Source of the DNA: Eledone cirrhosa
Taxonomy: Eukaryota
Length of the DNA stretch: 64,000 bases
Direction of reading: 5' to 3'
Assembly: GCA_964016885.1 (NCBI GenBank)
Contig: OZ024743.1
Location: forward strand, 255,998,001 to 256,062,000
Shown here: positions 22,483-34,459 of the stretch, one piece after another
How the letters are laid out: the number at the start of each line of letters is the position of its first letter
How positions within the stretch are numbered: position 1 is the first letter of the stretch
Notes under the pieces: model-generated
Told to the model about the DNA's origin: nothing
What the model saw: the letters and a program-made list of their open reading frames with translations, nothing else
Databases searched by the model: none
Position numbers and translations under genes: made by a program

Positions 22483-24339
22483 TGTTTCTTTTATTTGCCA
22501 CTAGGGCATCAAAAGTGGGACAAGTACAAAGGGGGGAGTTTACACAAAAAGGCGTCCCCAATAAGGAGGAGGCAATGACAAAATATAAAAATAAAATAAA
22601 ATATAACAAAAAATAAAATTTATAACAAAATCCTCAATAGAGAGGAGGCGCCTTGGGGGGTCGCACCCCCCCCCCCCGAAAAAAGTGTGCAACCCTTTTC
22701 CTCAGGAGCACAAAGAGGGGGTGCTCCCTCGTTCCTTCCTCTTTTCCACCTACAGGCTTATGTAAAGAGAAGGCCCATTCACACGGGCCATTCTCGCCAC
22801 TTTCACCCACCTTTCATAAAAACGACTGGGGTGGAGCACCTCTCTCTCCATCCTGATCCTTCTTCCGAAATGATATCGGAAGAAACGGACCAGTTGTTGG
22901 CCAGAGAGAAAGGTGCCTGACCTCAATCCTTTCAGACGCGTCCACCATACAACCTCTTTCGCCATGGCTATTACGCACAGAAACACCGCCTCTGCTTCAT
23001 CTTTGAAGGGGGGAGGCGGCTTGATCATTACAATAGACTCGGTGCTCAACCGGATCGGTCCCACCCTTGACAGCAGTTGTTCGACATAGCCCCACAGATC
23101 GGCTACGCCCGAGCAGTGTACCAATGCGTGTGCAACGGTTTCCTCGTCGCACACGCATCTGGGACAGATCTTTTTGGCGGGGTCCCTACCCGGGCGCCCG
23201 TGTCTGTAGAGCCTTTCTCGAACGGGTAAAGCCCCTCGGTAGCACTGCTAGGCCAGGGACTTCTGGAAGTTGTCCATAGGTCCCGGGCTGAATGTCCTAC
23301 CGAACAGGCTGGCCAGTTCGTCCTCCTCCATGTCTAGGGCTTCTCCGAGGGCGTCGTCGCACCTGCTGCGTACCAGCCCTCTATAGAATGTTGCGGTGGA
23401 GTCTCCACTGATAACCGGATCCGCCTGCCAGAGGGCGGTGAGCGCCTGGGCACACTCAGTGTGCCAGGCGCCCAGTTTTCTCGGTCTTTGCTTGACCCAG
23501 GATTGCAACTCGGTGAGTGAGACGAGTCTGGGAAAGGTTCGTCTCACAAACGAGGCCCACACCGGTTGACCGGTGAGGAATACGTAGAGGTGCCGTAGCC
23601 TTAATGCGTGTTTACGCATCATTAGCCACGGCATCCCCAGCCCTCCTTTCGAAGGGTGTTGACAGCAGATGGATCTCCTCACCATAGGAGCCCGCCTCTT
23701 CCAAAGGAATTGGAAGAGTGCGCGCTCCATCTTGGTGAGGGTCTCCCTTGGGCAGGGCACTACGGTCAGGCGGTAGTAGATGACGGACGCTATGTAGGTG
23801 TTCGCCACCTCCACCCGACCTTTCAGGGATAGTTTGCAACTGGCCCACTTCTGGGTCAGTGCAAACACCCTGTTCGTAACCTCCGCCCAGTTTTTGTCCA
23901 CCTGGAGGTCCGGTCCGAACCAGACCCCGAGCAACTTCACCGGGCCCTCCGTCCAGCGTCCGACGACGCAATCGGAGGGCATCGGTCTGCCCCTCCACGT
24001 GCCGAGTTGCAAACCGATCGACTTGTCCCGGTTCAGCTTAGCCCCTGTGAACCTTTCGTACTCCTCCAGTAAGGTGCCGACCGCCTCGATTTCGGAGGCC
24101 ATCGACACCATTACTGTCACGTCATCGGCGTAGGCCGACACCGCTTTCCGCAATCCCGGTTCCAAAGGGATGCCCTGCAACAACTCCAACTTCCGCAGTA
24201 GTGGCTCGAGAGTCAACACATACAGAAGGGAGGAGAGAGGGCACCCTTGTCGGATGGACCGCGCGATTTCGAACGGCTCCGAGAGGTAGCCGTTCACCTT
24301 GACCCTAGAGCAGATGCGGCTGCTGTGCATAGCAGTGAT
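22483..24339 (-). mobile_element. Tx1-like element E8, 5'-truncated in RT, inserted in the 60-bp minisatellite
   Basis: ORFs 23248-24330 and 22750-23154 (one in-frame stop between them); minisatellite on both sides. Confidence 0.95.
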
Positions 24340-24900
24340 AGGAAAGTAGGTAGATAAATAGACAAAGAGCTAGTTAGACAGACAGAAAGATAGGTAGCTA
24401 GGAAAGTAGGTAGATAAATAGACAAAGAGCTAGTTAGACAGACAGTAATATAGGTAGCTAGGAAAGTAGGTAGATAAATAGACAAAGAGCTAGTTAGACA
24501 AACAGTAATATAGGTAGCTAGGAAAGTAGGTAGATAAATAGACAAAGAGCTAGTTAGACAAACAGTAATATAGGTAGCTAGGAAAGTAGGTAGATAAATA
24601 GACAAAGAACTAGTTAGACAGACAGAAAGATAGGTAGCTAGGAAAGTAGGTAGATAAATAGACAAAGAGCTAGTTAGACAGACAGAAAGATAGGTAGCTA
24701 GGAAAGTAGGTAGATAAATAGACAAAGAGCTAGTTAGACAAACAGTAATATAGGTAGATTGAAAGGTAGGCAGATAAATAGACAGAGAGATATATAGACA
24801 GACAGATAAGTAGATAGAGATACCTATATATAAATGGCCAGATAGATACATAGCAAGATAGATAGATAAAAATGATAGGTTGGTAGGTAGATAAAAAGCA
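24340..24900. repeat. 60-bp GATA-derived minisatellite (~7 units) decaying into GATA-like sequence
   Basis: Consecutive 60-nt lines 24361-24760 are nearly identical. Confidence 0.95.
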
Positions 24901-24967
24901 AAAGAAAGAGGTGTCTGAATAGCTGAAAATGTACATTGAAAGAGAAACAGAAAACTTTAGTAGAAGT

Positions 24968-25167
24968 NNNNNNNNNNNNNNNNNNNNNNNNNNNNNNNNN
25001 NNNNNNNNNNNNNNNNNNNNNNNNNNNNNNNNNNNNNNNNNNNNNNNNNNNNNNNNNNNNNNNNNNNNNNNNNNNNNNNNNNNNNNNNNNNNNNNNNNNN
25101 NNNNNNNNNNNNNNNNNNNNNNNNNNNNNNNNNNNNNNNNNNNNNNNNNNNNNNNNNNNNNNNNNNN
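24968..25167. other. Assembly gap (200 N)
   Basis: Run of N. Confidence 1.
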
Positions 25168-25181
25168 ATGTTATACACACT

Positions 25182-25216
<35 letters not shown>

Positions 25217-25230
25217 GTTATAAACACACG

Positions 25231-25268
<38 letters not shown>

Positions 25269-25936
25269 ATACACACACGCACATACATATATATATATAT
25301 ATGTTATACACACACGTACATATATATATATATGTTATACACACACGCACATATATATATATATAAATATATGTTATACACACACGTACATATATATATG
25401 TATGTTATACACACGTACATATATATATATATATATGTTATACACACACGCACATATATATATATATATATGTTATACACACACGTACATATATATATAT
25501 ATATGTTATACACACACGCACATATATATATATATATTATACGCACACGCACATATATATATATATATATTATACACACACACACATATATATATATATG
25601 TTATACACACACGCACATATCATCATCATCATCCTTTAACGTCCATCTTCCACGCTAGCATGGGTTTGGACGGGAATGTTCCCACTTGAGCCAAGATTGG
25701 TTGTCTTGCTCGTATAGGGCTATTTGGCAGGTTTTCTACGGCTGGATGCCCTTCCTAACACCAACCACATTACAGCGTGGACTGTGTGTTTTTTTTTTTG
25801 TCGTGACACCTACACGACCTTATTTGTTTCGGACTGGATGTTGTGGTACCAACATAACTTTACAACTTTATATATATATGTTATACACACACGCATATAT
25901 ATATATATATATATGTATATTATACACACACACACG

Positions 25937-25986
<50 letters not shown>

Positions 25987-26042
25987 ATACACACACGCAT
26001 ATATATATATATATGTTATACACTCATGCACATATATATATG
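25168..26042. repeat. Compound (TA)n/TGTTATACACAC minisatellite, interrupted at 25621-25868
   Basis: Repeated TGTTATA(CA)nCG(C/T)ACA(TA)n units. Confidence 0.9.
25621..25868 (-). mobile_element. RTE 3'UTR-derived short insertion with (GAT)n tail
   Basis: Matches 38101-38410 (TTTAACGTCC...GGATGCCCTTCCTAACACCAACC). Confidence 0.85.
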
Positions 26043-26049
26043 TCCAGAT

Positions 26050-27092
26050 TGGGTGAGGCGGAGGGGGAAAAGAGGAATTGTGAGAGTTAGAGAGATAAAT
26101 AAAGGAAGGATGGGGTGGGAAATGAGAGTGGAAGTGAGAGGGAGAGATAGGGGAAGTGGCAGGAAAGGAGTCGTGGAGAGAGGAAGAGTGAGAGTGGAAG
26201 TCTAGGGGAAACGTGAGGTAGGATGTTCCAAATAAAAGATGAGGAATAGTGAGAGTGAGGGATTAGAAATGGTAAGAGCTGAGGTGGGAAGAAAAGAAGA
26301 GTGAGAGATAGGAACTGGGGAGTGATGAGGTAGGAGGAATATGAGATAGATGTAGTGGGAGGTGAGACAATGTGAGGGATAAGAACTAACAAGGAGTGAG
26401 TGAGATAGAGAGAGGGGGAGGAGGGAATTGTAGTTGGAGGTTAGGTGAAGTAAAAGATAAGAGCTAACAAGGAAGTAGGAAGCAAGTGAGAGAGTGGGAT
26501 AGAGATGTAGTGGGAGGTGAGGAGTAATAAGAGTTAAGAACTGATAAAGAGTGAGGCTAGAGGAGAGAGAGATGTAATGGGAAGTGAGAAAAAAAGATAG
26601 GAACTGACAAGAATTGAGGTAAGAGGTAAATAAAAGTGAAAGTTCATGAGGGAGGGGAGGAGGAGTGAGAGATAAGAACAGAGAAGGGGTGAGGTGAGAG
26701 ATAGAAAGAGAGAATAACGAGGAAAAAGAAAGACAGGCAGTTAGGTAGGAGATGTGAAAATGATCACACATATATATATAGAGAGAGAGAGTTATAGAGA
26801 AAATTGGGAGAAGGGGGAGGTATTAAGAGTTTGGTTTGTCTGAGGGAGGAGGAGTAAAGGATAGTCAGATATGTAGTGGGAGGCAGAGTAGGAAAAAGAA
26901 AGGAAGATAGATATTGGAATATGTGAGAGTAGTAGAGGGGGTAGAGATAATGTGAGTGTTGTGTGCTAAGCTGTGGTGGGAGGAATGAGGGGGAGACAGG
27001 CAGTATGTGATAGAGTAAGAGAGAGAGAGAGAGAGGAGATAGAGTATGTGTGTATGAGAGCGAGAGAAGAGAAGGAAAAGAGAGATACATCA

Positions 27093-27128
<36 letters not shown>

Positions 27129-27338
27129 CATGTGTGAGAGAGAGAAAAGAGTGTGACATCACGTGACAGAGAGAAGAGAGAGATAGTATGTGAGAGAGTA
27201 TGTGTGAGAGAAAGAGAAAAGAGAGAGACATCATGTGAAAGAGAGAGAGAGAGCGAGATATCATGTGTGAGAGAGAGAGAGAGAGAAAGAGAGAGAGACA
27301 TCATGTGTGTGAGAGAGAGAGACATCATGTGTGAGAGA

Positions 27339-27383
<45 letters not shown>

Positions 27384-27396
27384 CATGTTTGAGAGA

Positions 27397-27462
<66 letters not shown>

Positions 27463-27558
27463 ATGTGTGTGAGAGAGAGAAGAGAGTGAGAAATAGTATC
27501 TGAAAAAGAGAAGAGAGTAATAATGTATGAGAGAGAGAGAGAAAAGAGAGAGACATCA

Positions 27559-27607
<49 letters not shown>

Positions 27608-27830
27608 AGTGAGAAATAGTATCTGAAAGAGAGAAGAGAGTAATAATGTATGAGAGAGAGATAGTGTGTGTGAGACAGTGTGAGAGAGAGAGAGAAAAGA
27701 GAGAGACACCATGTGTGAGAGAGAGAGAGAGCTAATATCTGAAAGAGAGAAGAGAGTAATAGTGTATGAGAGAGAGAGAGAGAGAGAGTGTGTGTGTGTG
27801 AGGCAGTGTGAGAGAGAGAGAGAGAGAAAG
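26050..27830. repeat. Purine-rich low-complexity tract and (GA)n/CATCATGTG compound repeat
   Basis: Strong A/G skew; long GA runs punctuated by ACATCATGTG. Confidence 0.9.
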
Positions 27831-28140
27831 AGTTAGTGATTTGAAAAAAGATTAAATGAATGTGTGTAGTTGTGTCTGTGTGTACATGTGAGTGTATGTG
27901 TGGCTGTATATGTATCTATTTGTGGTTGAGTGTAGGTGTGCATGTTTATGTGTATGTATTTGTGTATATATGCATGTGTGTCTCTCCATGTGTGAGTATG
28001 TGTATGAGTGTGTGTGAAAGTCTATAGTCTATAAATGTGTAAATATTTAAGAGTGTATGTGCACACACGTGTATGAGTGTGCATGTGTGTCTGTGTGTTT
28101 GCATGCATATATGTGTGCCCATGTATGTATGAGTAAAACA

Positions 28141-28173
<33 letters not shown>

Positions 28174-28306
28174 ACATATATATATACAGAGCTTTGGCTG
28201 TATGTTTCAGAAGTTTGAGTTGCAACCATTTGGGTCTGGGTTCATGCCAGCTGCACAGCACCACAGGTGTCTACTACTATTGTATTGGATTGAACAATGC
28301 CTTATA

Positions 28307-28354
<48 letters not shown>

Positions 28355-28358
<4 letters not shown>

Positions 28359-28624
28359 AAAATGTTCAAGACCCAGACGAAATAGCCATCGAAATGTCTT
28401 GAGCTCTGCCGTCGGGGTCTTGAACATTTTCCTATTAGCCACTCTACTACCTTCGTTATATATATATAACGAAGGAAGTGTGGTAAGGAACCAGATGGTC
28501 CATAACGCACCAGAGTACTCAATACTTAGGGTAGTAGAGTGGGTAATAGGAAAATGTTCAAGACCCCGACGGCAGAGCTCAAGACATTTCGATGGCTATT
28601 TCGTCTGGGTCTTGAACATTTTCC

Positions 28625-28626
<2 letters not shown>
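28355..28626. mobile_element. Fold-back Penelope-like remnant with degenerate hammerhead in each arm
   Basis: Inverted arms 28355-28452 and 28528-28626; GACC-CAGACGA...GAAA...GAGCTC...GTC-GGGGTC; (TA)n flanks. Confidence 0.65.
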
Positions 28627-28655
<29 letters not shown>

Positions 28656-28770
28656 ATAGTGGTAGCTATGGTGCTTCCGTAGGCGGTATGCCAAAATTAG
28701 CACTCGATAAACTAAGTCCAGATGCATCACTGATTTTTCATTTTTTTTTGATAATATATATATATATATA

Positions 28771-29215
28771 TAAAATACGTAGTTTAGAAAGCCACAACAA
28801 TGCAGAGGGAAATCTCGAGGTAGGAAGTGAATGATAGATAGGAGAAATAGGATAAAGTGAAAATTGAGAGAGACAAAGATGAAAACAAAACAAAGGTAGA
28901 AGGGTTACCGTAGTGGAGATTTAATCCCAATATTTCGGGCTCACGCCCATCAACGGGGGAAAGTTCCAAAAGGGGGGGAACAGGCTAAGCGGAGAAAGTT
29001 GTGATGTCGTTAAAACAGGAATGCCGTTATTAACGGCATTCCTGTTTTAACGACATCACAACGAAATCTCCACCACGGTAACCCTTCTACCTTTGTTTTG
29101 TTTTCATCTTTGTCTCTCTCAATTTTCACTTTATCCTATTTCTCCTATCTATCATTCACTTCCTACCTCGAGATTTCCCTCTGCATTGTTGTGGCTTTCT
29201 AAACTACGTATTTTA
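28771..29215. mobile_element. Fold-back element (~150-bp arms plus internal ~30-bp perfect hairpin), probably a Penelope-like pLTR remnant
   Basis: 28771-28922 inverted to 29064-29215; palindrome 28998-29062; hammerhead-like motif on minus 28926-28959. Confidence 0.6.
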
Positions 29216-29250
29216 CACATTTCACAATGCTTCAAGCAAACTTTAACACC

Positions 29251-29302
<52 letters not shown>

Positions 29303-29312
29303 AACATACATA

Positions 29313-29356
<44 letters not shown>

Positions 29357-29389
29357 TATATATATACATACATACATATGCATATATAT

Positions 29390-29440
<51 letters not shown>

Positions 29441-29615
29441 CATATGCGTATATATACATTTATATATATACATACATACAGATGCATATATATACATATA
29501 TATATATATATGTACATGTATATATACTTATGTATGTACATACATACATACATATATAGATACATATATATATACATACAGACATATATATATATACACA
29601 CATATATACATACAT

Positions 29616-29718
<103 letters not shown>

Positions 29719-29840
29719 TGTATCCCGGCTTACCTGATAATTTTCCCTGAATGAAAGTTCTAGTCCTGTAGAAGACATTTCTGTATATCATATATATATA
29801 TGACAAGTAAGTATGTTTTGAAACAGTGAGCAGGTTTGAA

Positions 29841-30175
29841 ATTAGAAAATAGATTAGCTTTCACCGTATTTTTTACTAAAGAAATTTTAGCCTGATAATG
29901 GGGTTTAGAACCCTCAGTTAAATGGAAAAAGATGAGTATTGCTGTGCATGGGAGTCGAACCCACATCTTTGTTTATCCAGACCACTGTGCTACCATTACA
30001 CCAACACATGACCCATCTCCTTCCATTCAAATGGTAGCACAGTGGTCTGGATAACCAAAGATGTGGGTTTGACTCCCATGTACGTCAATACTCATCTTTT
30101 TCCATTTATCTGAGGGTTCTAAACCCCATTATCAGGCTAAAATTTCTTTAGTCAAAATTACGGTGAAAGCTAATC

Positions 30176-30186
<11 letters not shown>
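29841..30186. mobile_element. Inverted duplication of a tRNA-derived (SINE-like) sequence
   Basis: Arms 29841-29997 and 30030-30186; A box TGGTGTAATGG and B box GGTTCGACTCC on minus of the left arm. Confidence 0.7.
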
Positions 30187-30237
<51 letters not shown>

Positions 30238-30249
30238 ATGGTTGCAAAA

Positions 30250-30339
30250 CATATCTGAGGAACTTGCGAATGCAGAGTCAGGTTCGATCTGTAACAGATC
30301 CTGCCTTGAGCTGATCGTTGCAGAAACATATGTAATTTG
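30250..30339 (+). ncRNA. Candidate type I hammerhead ribozyme with expanded stem II
   Basis: CATAT-CTGAGGA-(~60 nt)-GAAA-CATATG-TA-ATTTG; palindromic stem III. Confidence 0.5.
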
Positions 30340-31616
30340 TTAATAAATTGTGTTTTGATGCATCACTGATTCCTCGTTATCTATAATATCATCATCATCA
30401 TTTTACGTCCACTTTTCCCTGCTTTATAAATGGAAAATATCTTTATAAAATCATATTTATTTTATTATACGTATTTCAAGTGTACTAATATTTAAGTACG
30501 CTTTCGTCAGATAAAATATGATAATTGGTGTTAAGATAGTGACATATCTTCATGTGAACTTCATGTTATAAGTTCAGTGAGGATGGTGAATAGAATTTTT
30601 GAAAACTCAGGGGAAATATGCTAATGAGGATAACGTAAAAACTGAAAAGATCCGTTAAGTTTAGGCGGTAGATACATTTTAAATATTTATTTTATTCTTT
30701 TTTTTTTTATTTTTTAAGGGATTGCTATTAATTTTTTTAAAATTATTGTAGAGTTAATTTAGAATTATTTATAGAAATATGCATATATACACCCAAATAT
30801 ATATACATGGGTTTATAAATAATGATATAATTATACATATTTATTTATTTATTTAATATATTTTAAGAATATGGAATTATTTATAATATTTAGATGAGAA
30901 TTATAATGTATTGTATTAAATTATGAACTATTAATGTATTAAAGCAATAACAACAATATGATGTGAAAGATACACTGTATTTAGATATACGAGTGGATAT
31001 ATTTTTCCGCATTTATTTTAATATTATGATGAGTGCAGTTATAAATATAATGTATTGTAGTATAAGATATTATTGTATATCGTTATTTAAAAAAAATATT
31101 ATTATTTAGTACATAAATGATTATGCGTGAATATAGATCCTATTTAAGTATATATATATATAGACACAGAATTATAAATGAGTGTAAGATAGATCAAGCA
31201 ATAATATTTATGCTTTTTTTACATATACTTTTAGAATGTGAAAGTAATTATATTTTTTAAGTAAAGATGTATAGTATTATGCATAATCTCTTATCGTATG
31301 GTTAGTAATATAAAATTTAAACATTTATGTAAGTTGGAATGTATCGTATATATGAATTGTAAACAAAACAAAAAAAATGTTGAAGGGAAGATAACTCTAA
31401 TATTTAGTAATTTAAGGAATGTATATATATATATTTAAACATATATTGTTTTATCTAATGTTTAACCTAATATCATCATCATCATCATTTTACGTCCACT
31501 TTTCCCTGCTTGCAAGGGTGGGACAGTCAGTTATAACACAATAATTAATTATAATTTATATTATAATATAAGTAAAACGTTCTATAAGATTTCAGAGCAC
31601 CATATAGTAAATATGG

Positions 31617-31754
31617 TTTTGATAATAATAAATAAATAAGTATTTTTATGTATAAATTTTGATAATAATAAATATTTCTATGTATAAATTTTGATAATAA
31701 TAAATATTTCTATGTATAAATTTGGTAATAATAAGTATTTCTATGTATAAATTT
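31617..31754. repeat. 32-bp AT-rich tandem repeat, ~4 copies
   Basis: GATAATAATAAATATTTCTATGTATAAATTTT. Confidence 0.85.
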
Positions 31755-31849
31755 AAGAACATTTAAAGACAACCAAAAATATATATTGTACATAGGAAAC
31801 TCATATAGACCATAGTATAGTAGTTTCTATGAATTATAAATATTGCGAA

Positions 31850-32620
31850 ATGTTTTGGAGAATCGATGCAAACAAGAATTAAATATTTCCTTTTTTTTTT
31901 GTTAATAATTGTTTCTACTTTTGGCACAAAGCCAGCAATTATCCCAGTGTATTACTGGTACTTTATTTTATCGACCCCGTAAGGATGAAAGGCAAAGTGA
32001 ACCTCGGCGCGGTTTGAACTCAGTCCGTAAAGGGAGGTAACTGTGATGAAAACATGGTGTCCGACCCTCTCCCGATACTGCCGATCCACCGCCCTTTTTT
32101 GTTAATAATTGTTTCTACTTTTGGCACAAGGCCAGCAATTACCCAAGGATTGGTAATTATATGATAGATTTCTTCAATGCAGAGATGACAAATACTTGAG
32201 AGAGGCATATTTTGGTAAACCGGCACATTTAATATTTTTCTCCAAGAGATTGAATAGTCAGTGTTATTATCTTTTAAAGACCAAATTAATTGTAATAGTG
32301 AGGTTGATAATTTGTTGTCCAATCGTTTGAAAGTATGTTTATGATTATAGCAACGGTCCTTAAATTTTGAAGAAGTAAGTAGCTCCTATATAATTATGTA
32401 ATCTATCTCTAGTTTTTTATGGTGTATTTGTATACTAAATTTCTATCAAGGCAATTATTCTGTAAGGGGTATAAGATGTTATTTCTGCAATTACATTTTC
32501 TTATATTGTTATTTATAAATACCATATTATTATTTATGCCTTCGCTATTACTATTATACGTAATATTATTAATTATTTTGTTATTGTTATTTGAGTTGAC
32601 TTGGGTTGAGTTTAATTTAT
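31850..32620 (-). mobile_element. Penelope-like GIY-YIG fragment of Naiad/Chlamys type, interrupted by SINEs
   Basis: Minus translation KCNCR...PL..NCL..NLVYK...YIG...FKDR..NHK, LSTSLLQLIWSLKD...ICHLCIEE, then INKK.EIFNSCLHR after the SINE. Confidence 0.75.
31905..32093 (-). mobile_element. tRNA-derived SINE (truncated second copy at 32104-32146)
   Basis: A-box-like CGGCAGTATCGG, B box GAGTTCAAAC, body GCCTTTCATCCTTACGGGGTCGATAAAAT; flanking duplication CCTTTTTTGTTAATAATT. Confidence 0.85.
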
Positions 32621-33712
32621 ATGTGTGTGTGTGTATATATGTATATATGTATATATGTATGACACGACTTAAATCGTGCCATCCACCTCATACAAAACGC
32701 AACATCCCATACTGCCTAGCCAGAAGAATTTGTACCATTGTAGAAGATACGAATACCAGCTACAAACGCCTAACATAACTAAGAGAATTTTTGCTCATAC
32801 AAAAATACCCATCTCTACTTATAGAAAATGGCATACAGCGGGCTATAAAAATACCTATACAACAATTTAGGACAACCCAAGGAAGAAGAAACCAAGAACT
32901 GGTCATACCATTTATAATGACACACAACCCTGTCACCAGAATATCTTCAACACTGCCAAAGCAAACCTACCGATCATTGCTCAAAGTAATAAATTAAAAG
33001 GCTTAATCACAGATCGATCTTTGACTCTTAGTAAAAGACAGCCGAAAAATTTGAAGCAATTACTAACAAAAGCAAAGTTTGACCTTAACAACAAAGACCA
33101 ACCATTCACTGATTCTAAATGCAATGATAGTCGATGTGGAACATGTCAATCCATACACGCCGGTCAATATATGAAAACAAAAACTGGAAAATGATATCCC
33201 AAATGCAAATATAAACTGCAAAAGCAGAAATCTAATTTACTGCATTAAATGCCCGAATTGTGAAGAACTATATGTCCGTCAAACTGGAAATGCACTATCG
33301 GAACGTGCACGGGTACACCGTCAACAAATCAGAGACCCAAATGTCCGTCAGATACCCCTAAGTAACCATCTAGCAACATGTGGTCAGGGAATATTTATAA
33401 TATTCCCATTCTACAAATTACACAGCCCAAGTGAAATCAAGAGAAAAATCAAAGAAAAGAATTTTATTGATAAATTCAAACCCAAGCTAAATGAACAATA
33501 ATAATGGGGGATTACTCCTACTATGACTATGACTACGACCATGTCGACTACGACCACTAACAACAATAATAATAATAATAAAAGTGATGTTGATGGTGAT
33601 GATTACTAGAAAATGCTATTTTCATCATTTCTAAAAATAGCAAAACAATTGATGCTTTGGATAGGATCAATTAGTAGTCGTTAGACATGCTCAACCAACC
33701 GTGACGCCTAAA

Positions 33713-33810
33713 CCAATCAGCTTTAACAATCCAGTGAAACTACACACCGATTGGTCGAAATACAATTTGCAAGATTTAGCCTCCTGGAGCCACTTTTCAC
33801 TGTATATAAG
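33713..33810 (+). promoter_or_regulatory. Candidate pol II promoter in the Penelope pLTR
   Basis: CCAAT 33713, inverse ATTGG 33750, TATATAAG 33803, about 70 nt upstream of the hammerhead. Confidence 0.5.
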
Positions 33811-33873
33811 GCACAAAATTTACCCATCTCATTACAGTTGAACATTGCAAACTTGACTGTCACCACACATTAT

Positions 33874-33910
33874 GAACCTGAAGATTGCGAAAGCATGAAA
33901 GTACTTGTTT
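33874..33910 (+). ncRNA. Minimal type I hammerhead ribozyme
   Basis: AAC-CTGAAGA-TTGC GAAA GCAT-GAAA-GTAC-TT-GTT; palindromic AAGTACTT stem III. Confidence 0.75.
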
Positions 33911-34059
33911 AATTAACACTTAACATTTAATATTCTGCTATACTATTTCATTCTAATACCATTATAAATTTTATAAGGATTGTAAATAAAACGAGTAAAT
34001 CAGACGAAGTTTGAATTCCTTTTATTAATATAATCTTCTATAAACAATCATACGCACCC

Positions 34060-34454
<395 letters not shown>

Positions 34455-34459
<5 letters not shown>

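Larger units (their letters stand above)
32670..34040 (+). mobile_element. 5'-truncated Penelope-like element (Neptune-like): RT thumb, Cys linker, GIY-YIG, pLTR
   Basis: SCHPPHTKRNIP; CNDSRCGTC; NLIYCIKCPNCEELYVRQTG...R...H...NH...KPKLN; downstream hammerhead. Confidence 0.88.

Noticed and set aside
648-24133. Plus-strand ORFs of 60-210 aa over the Tx1 copies
   Set aside because: Antisense shadows of ORF1/ORF2 with inconsistent boundaries and no motifs
1-24339. HeT-A/TART-like telomeric array
   Set aside because: Polarity is similar, but there is no TTAGGG-type repeat, copies are separated by GATA with a TSD, and the chromosome position is unknown
22200-24780. CRISPR-like regular repeats
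   Set aside because: Contiguous tandem units with no unique spacers; eukaryotic context
29940-30010. Functional tRNA gene
   Set aside because: A and B boxes are present but acceptor and anticodon stems do not pair convincingly; treated as tRNA-derived
30485-30550. Hammerhead on minus strand (ATGAAGA...GACGAAAGCGTAC)
   Set aside because: Core and stems too degenerate; the same applies to motifs near 29733 and 55430
31850-32620. Selenocysteine/SECIS usage reported for some Naiad elements
   Set aside because: Cysteines seen here are ordinary codons and no SECIS is evident
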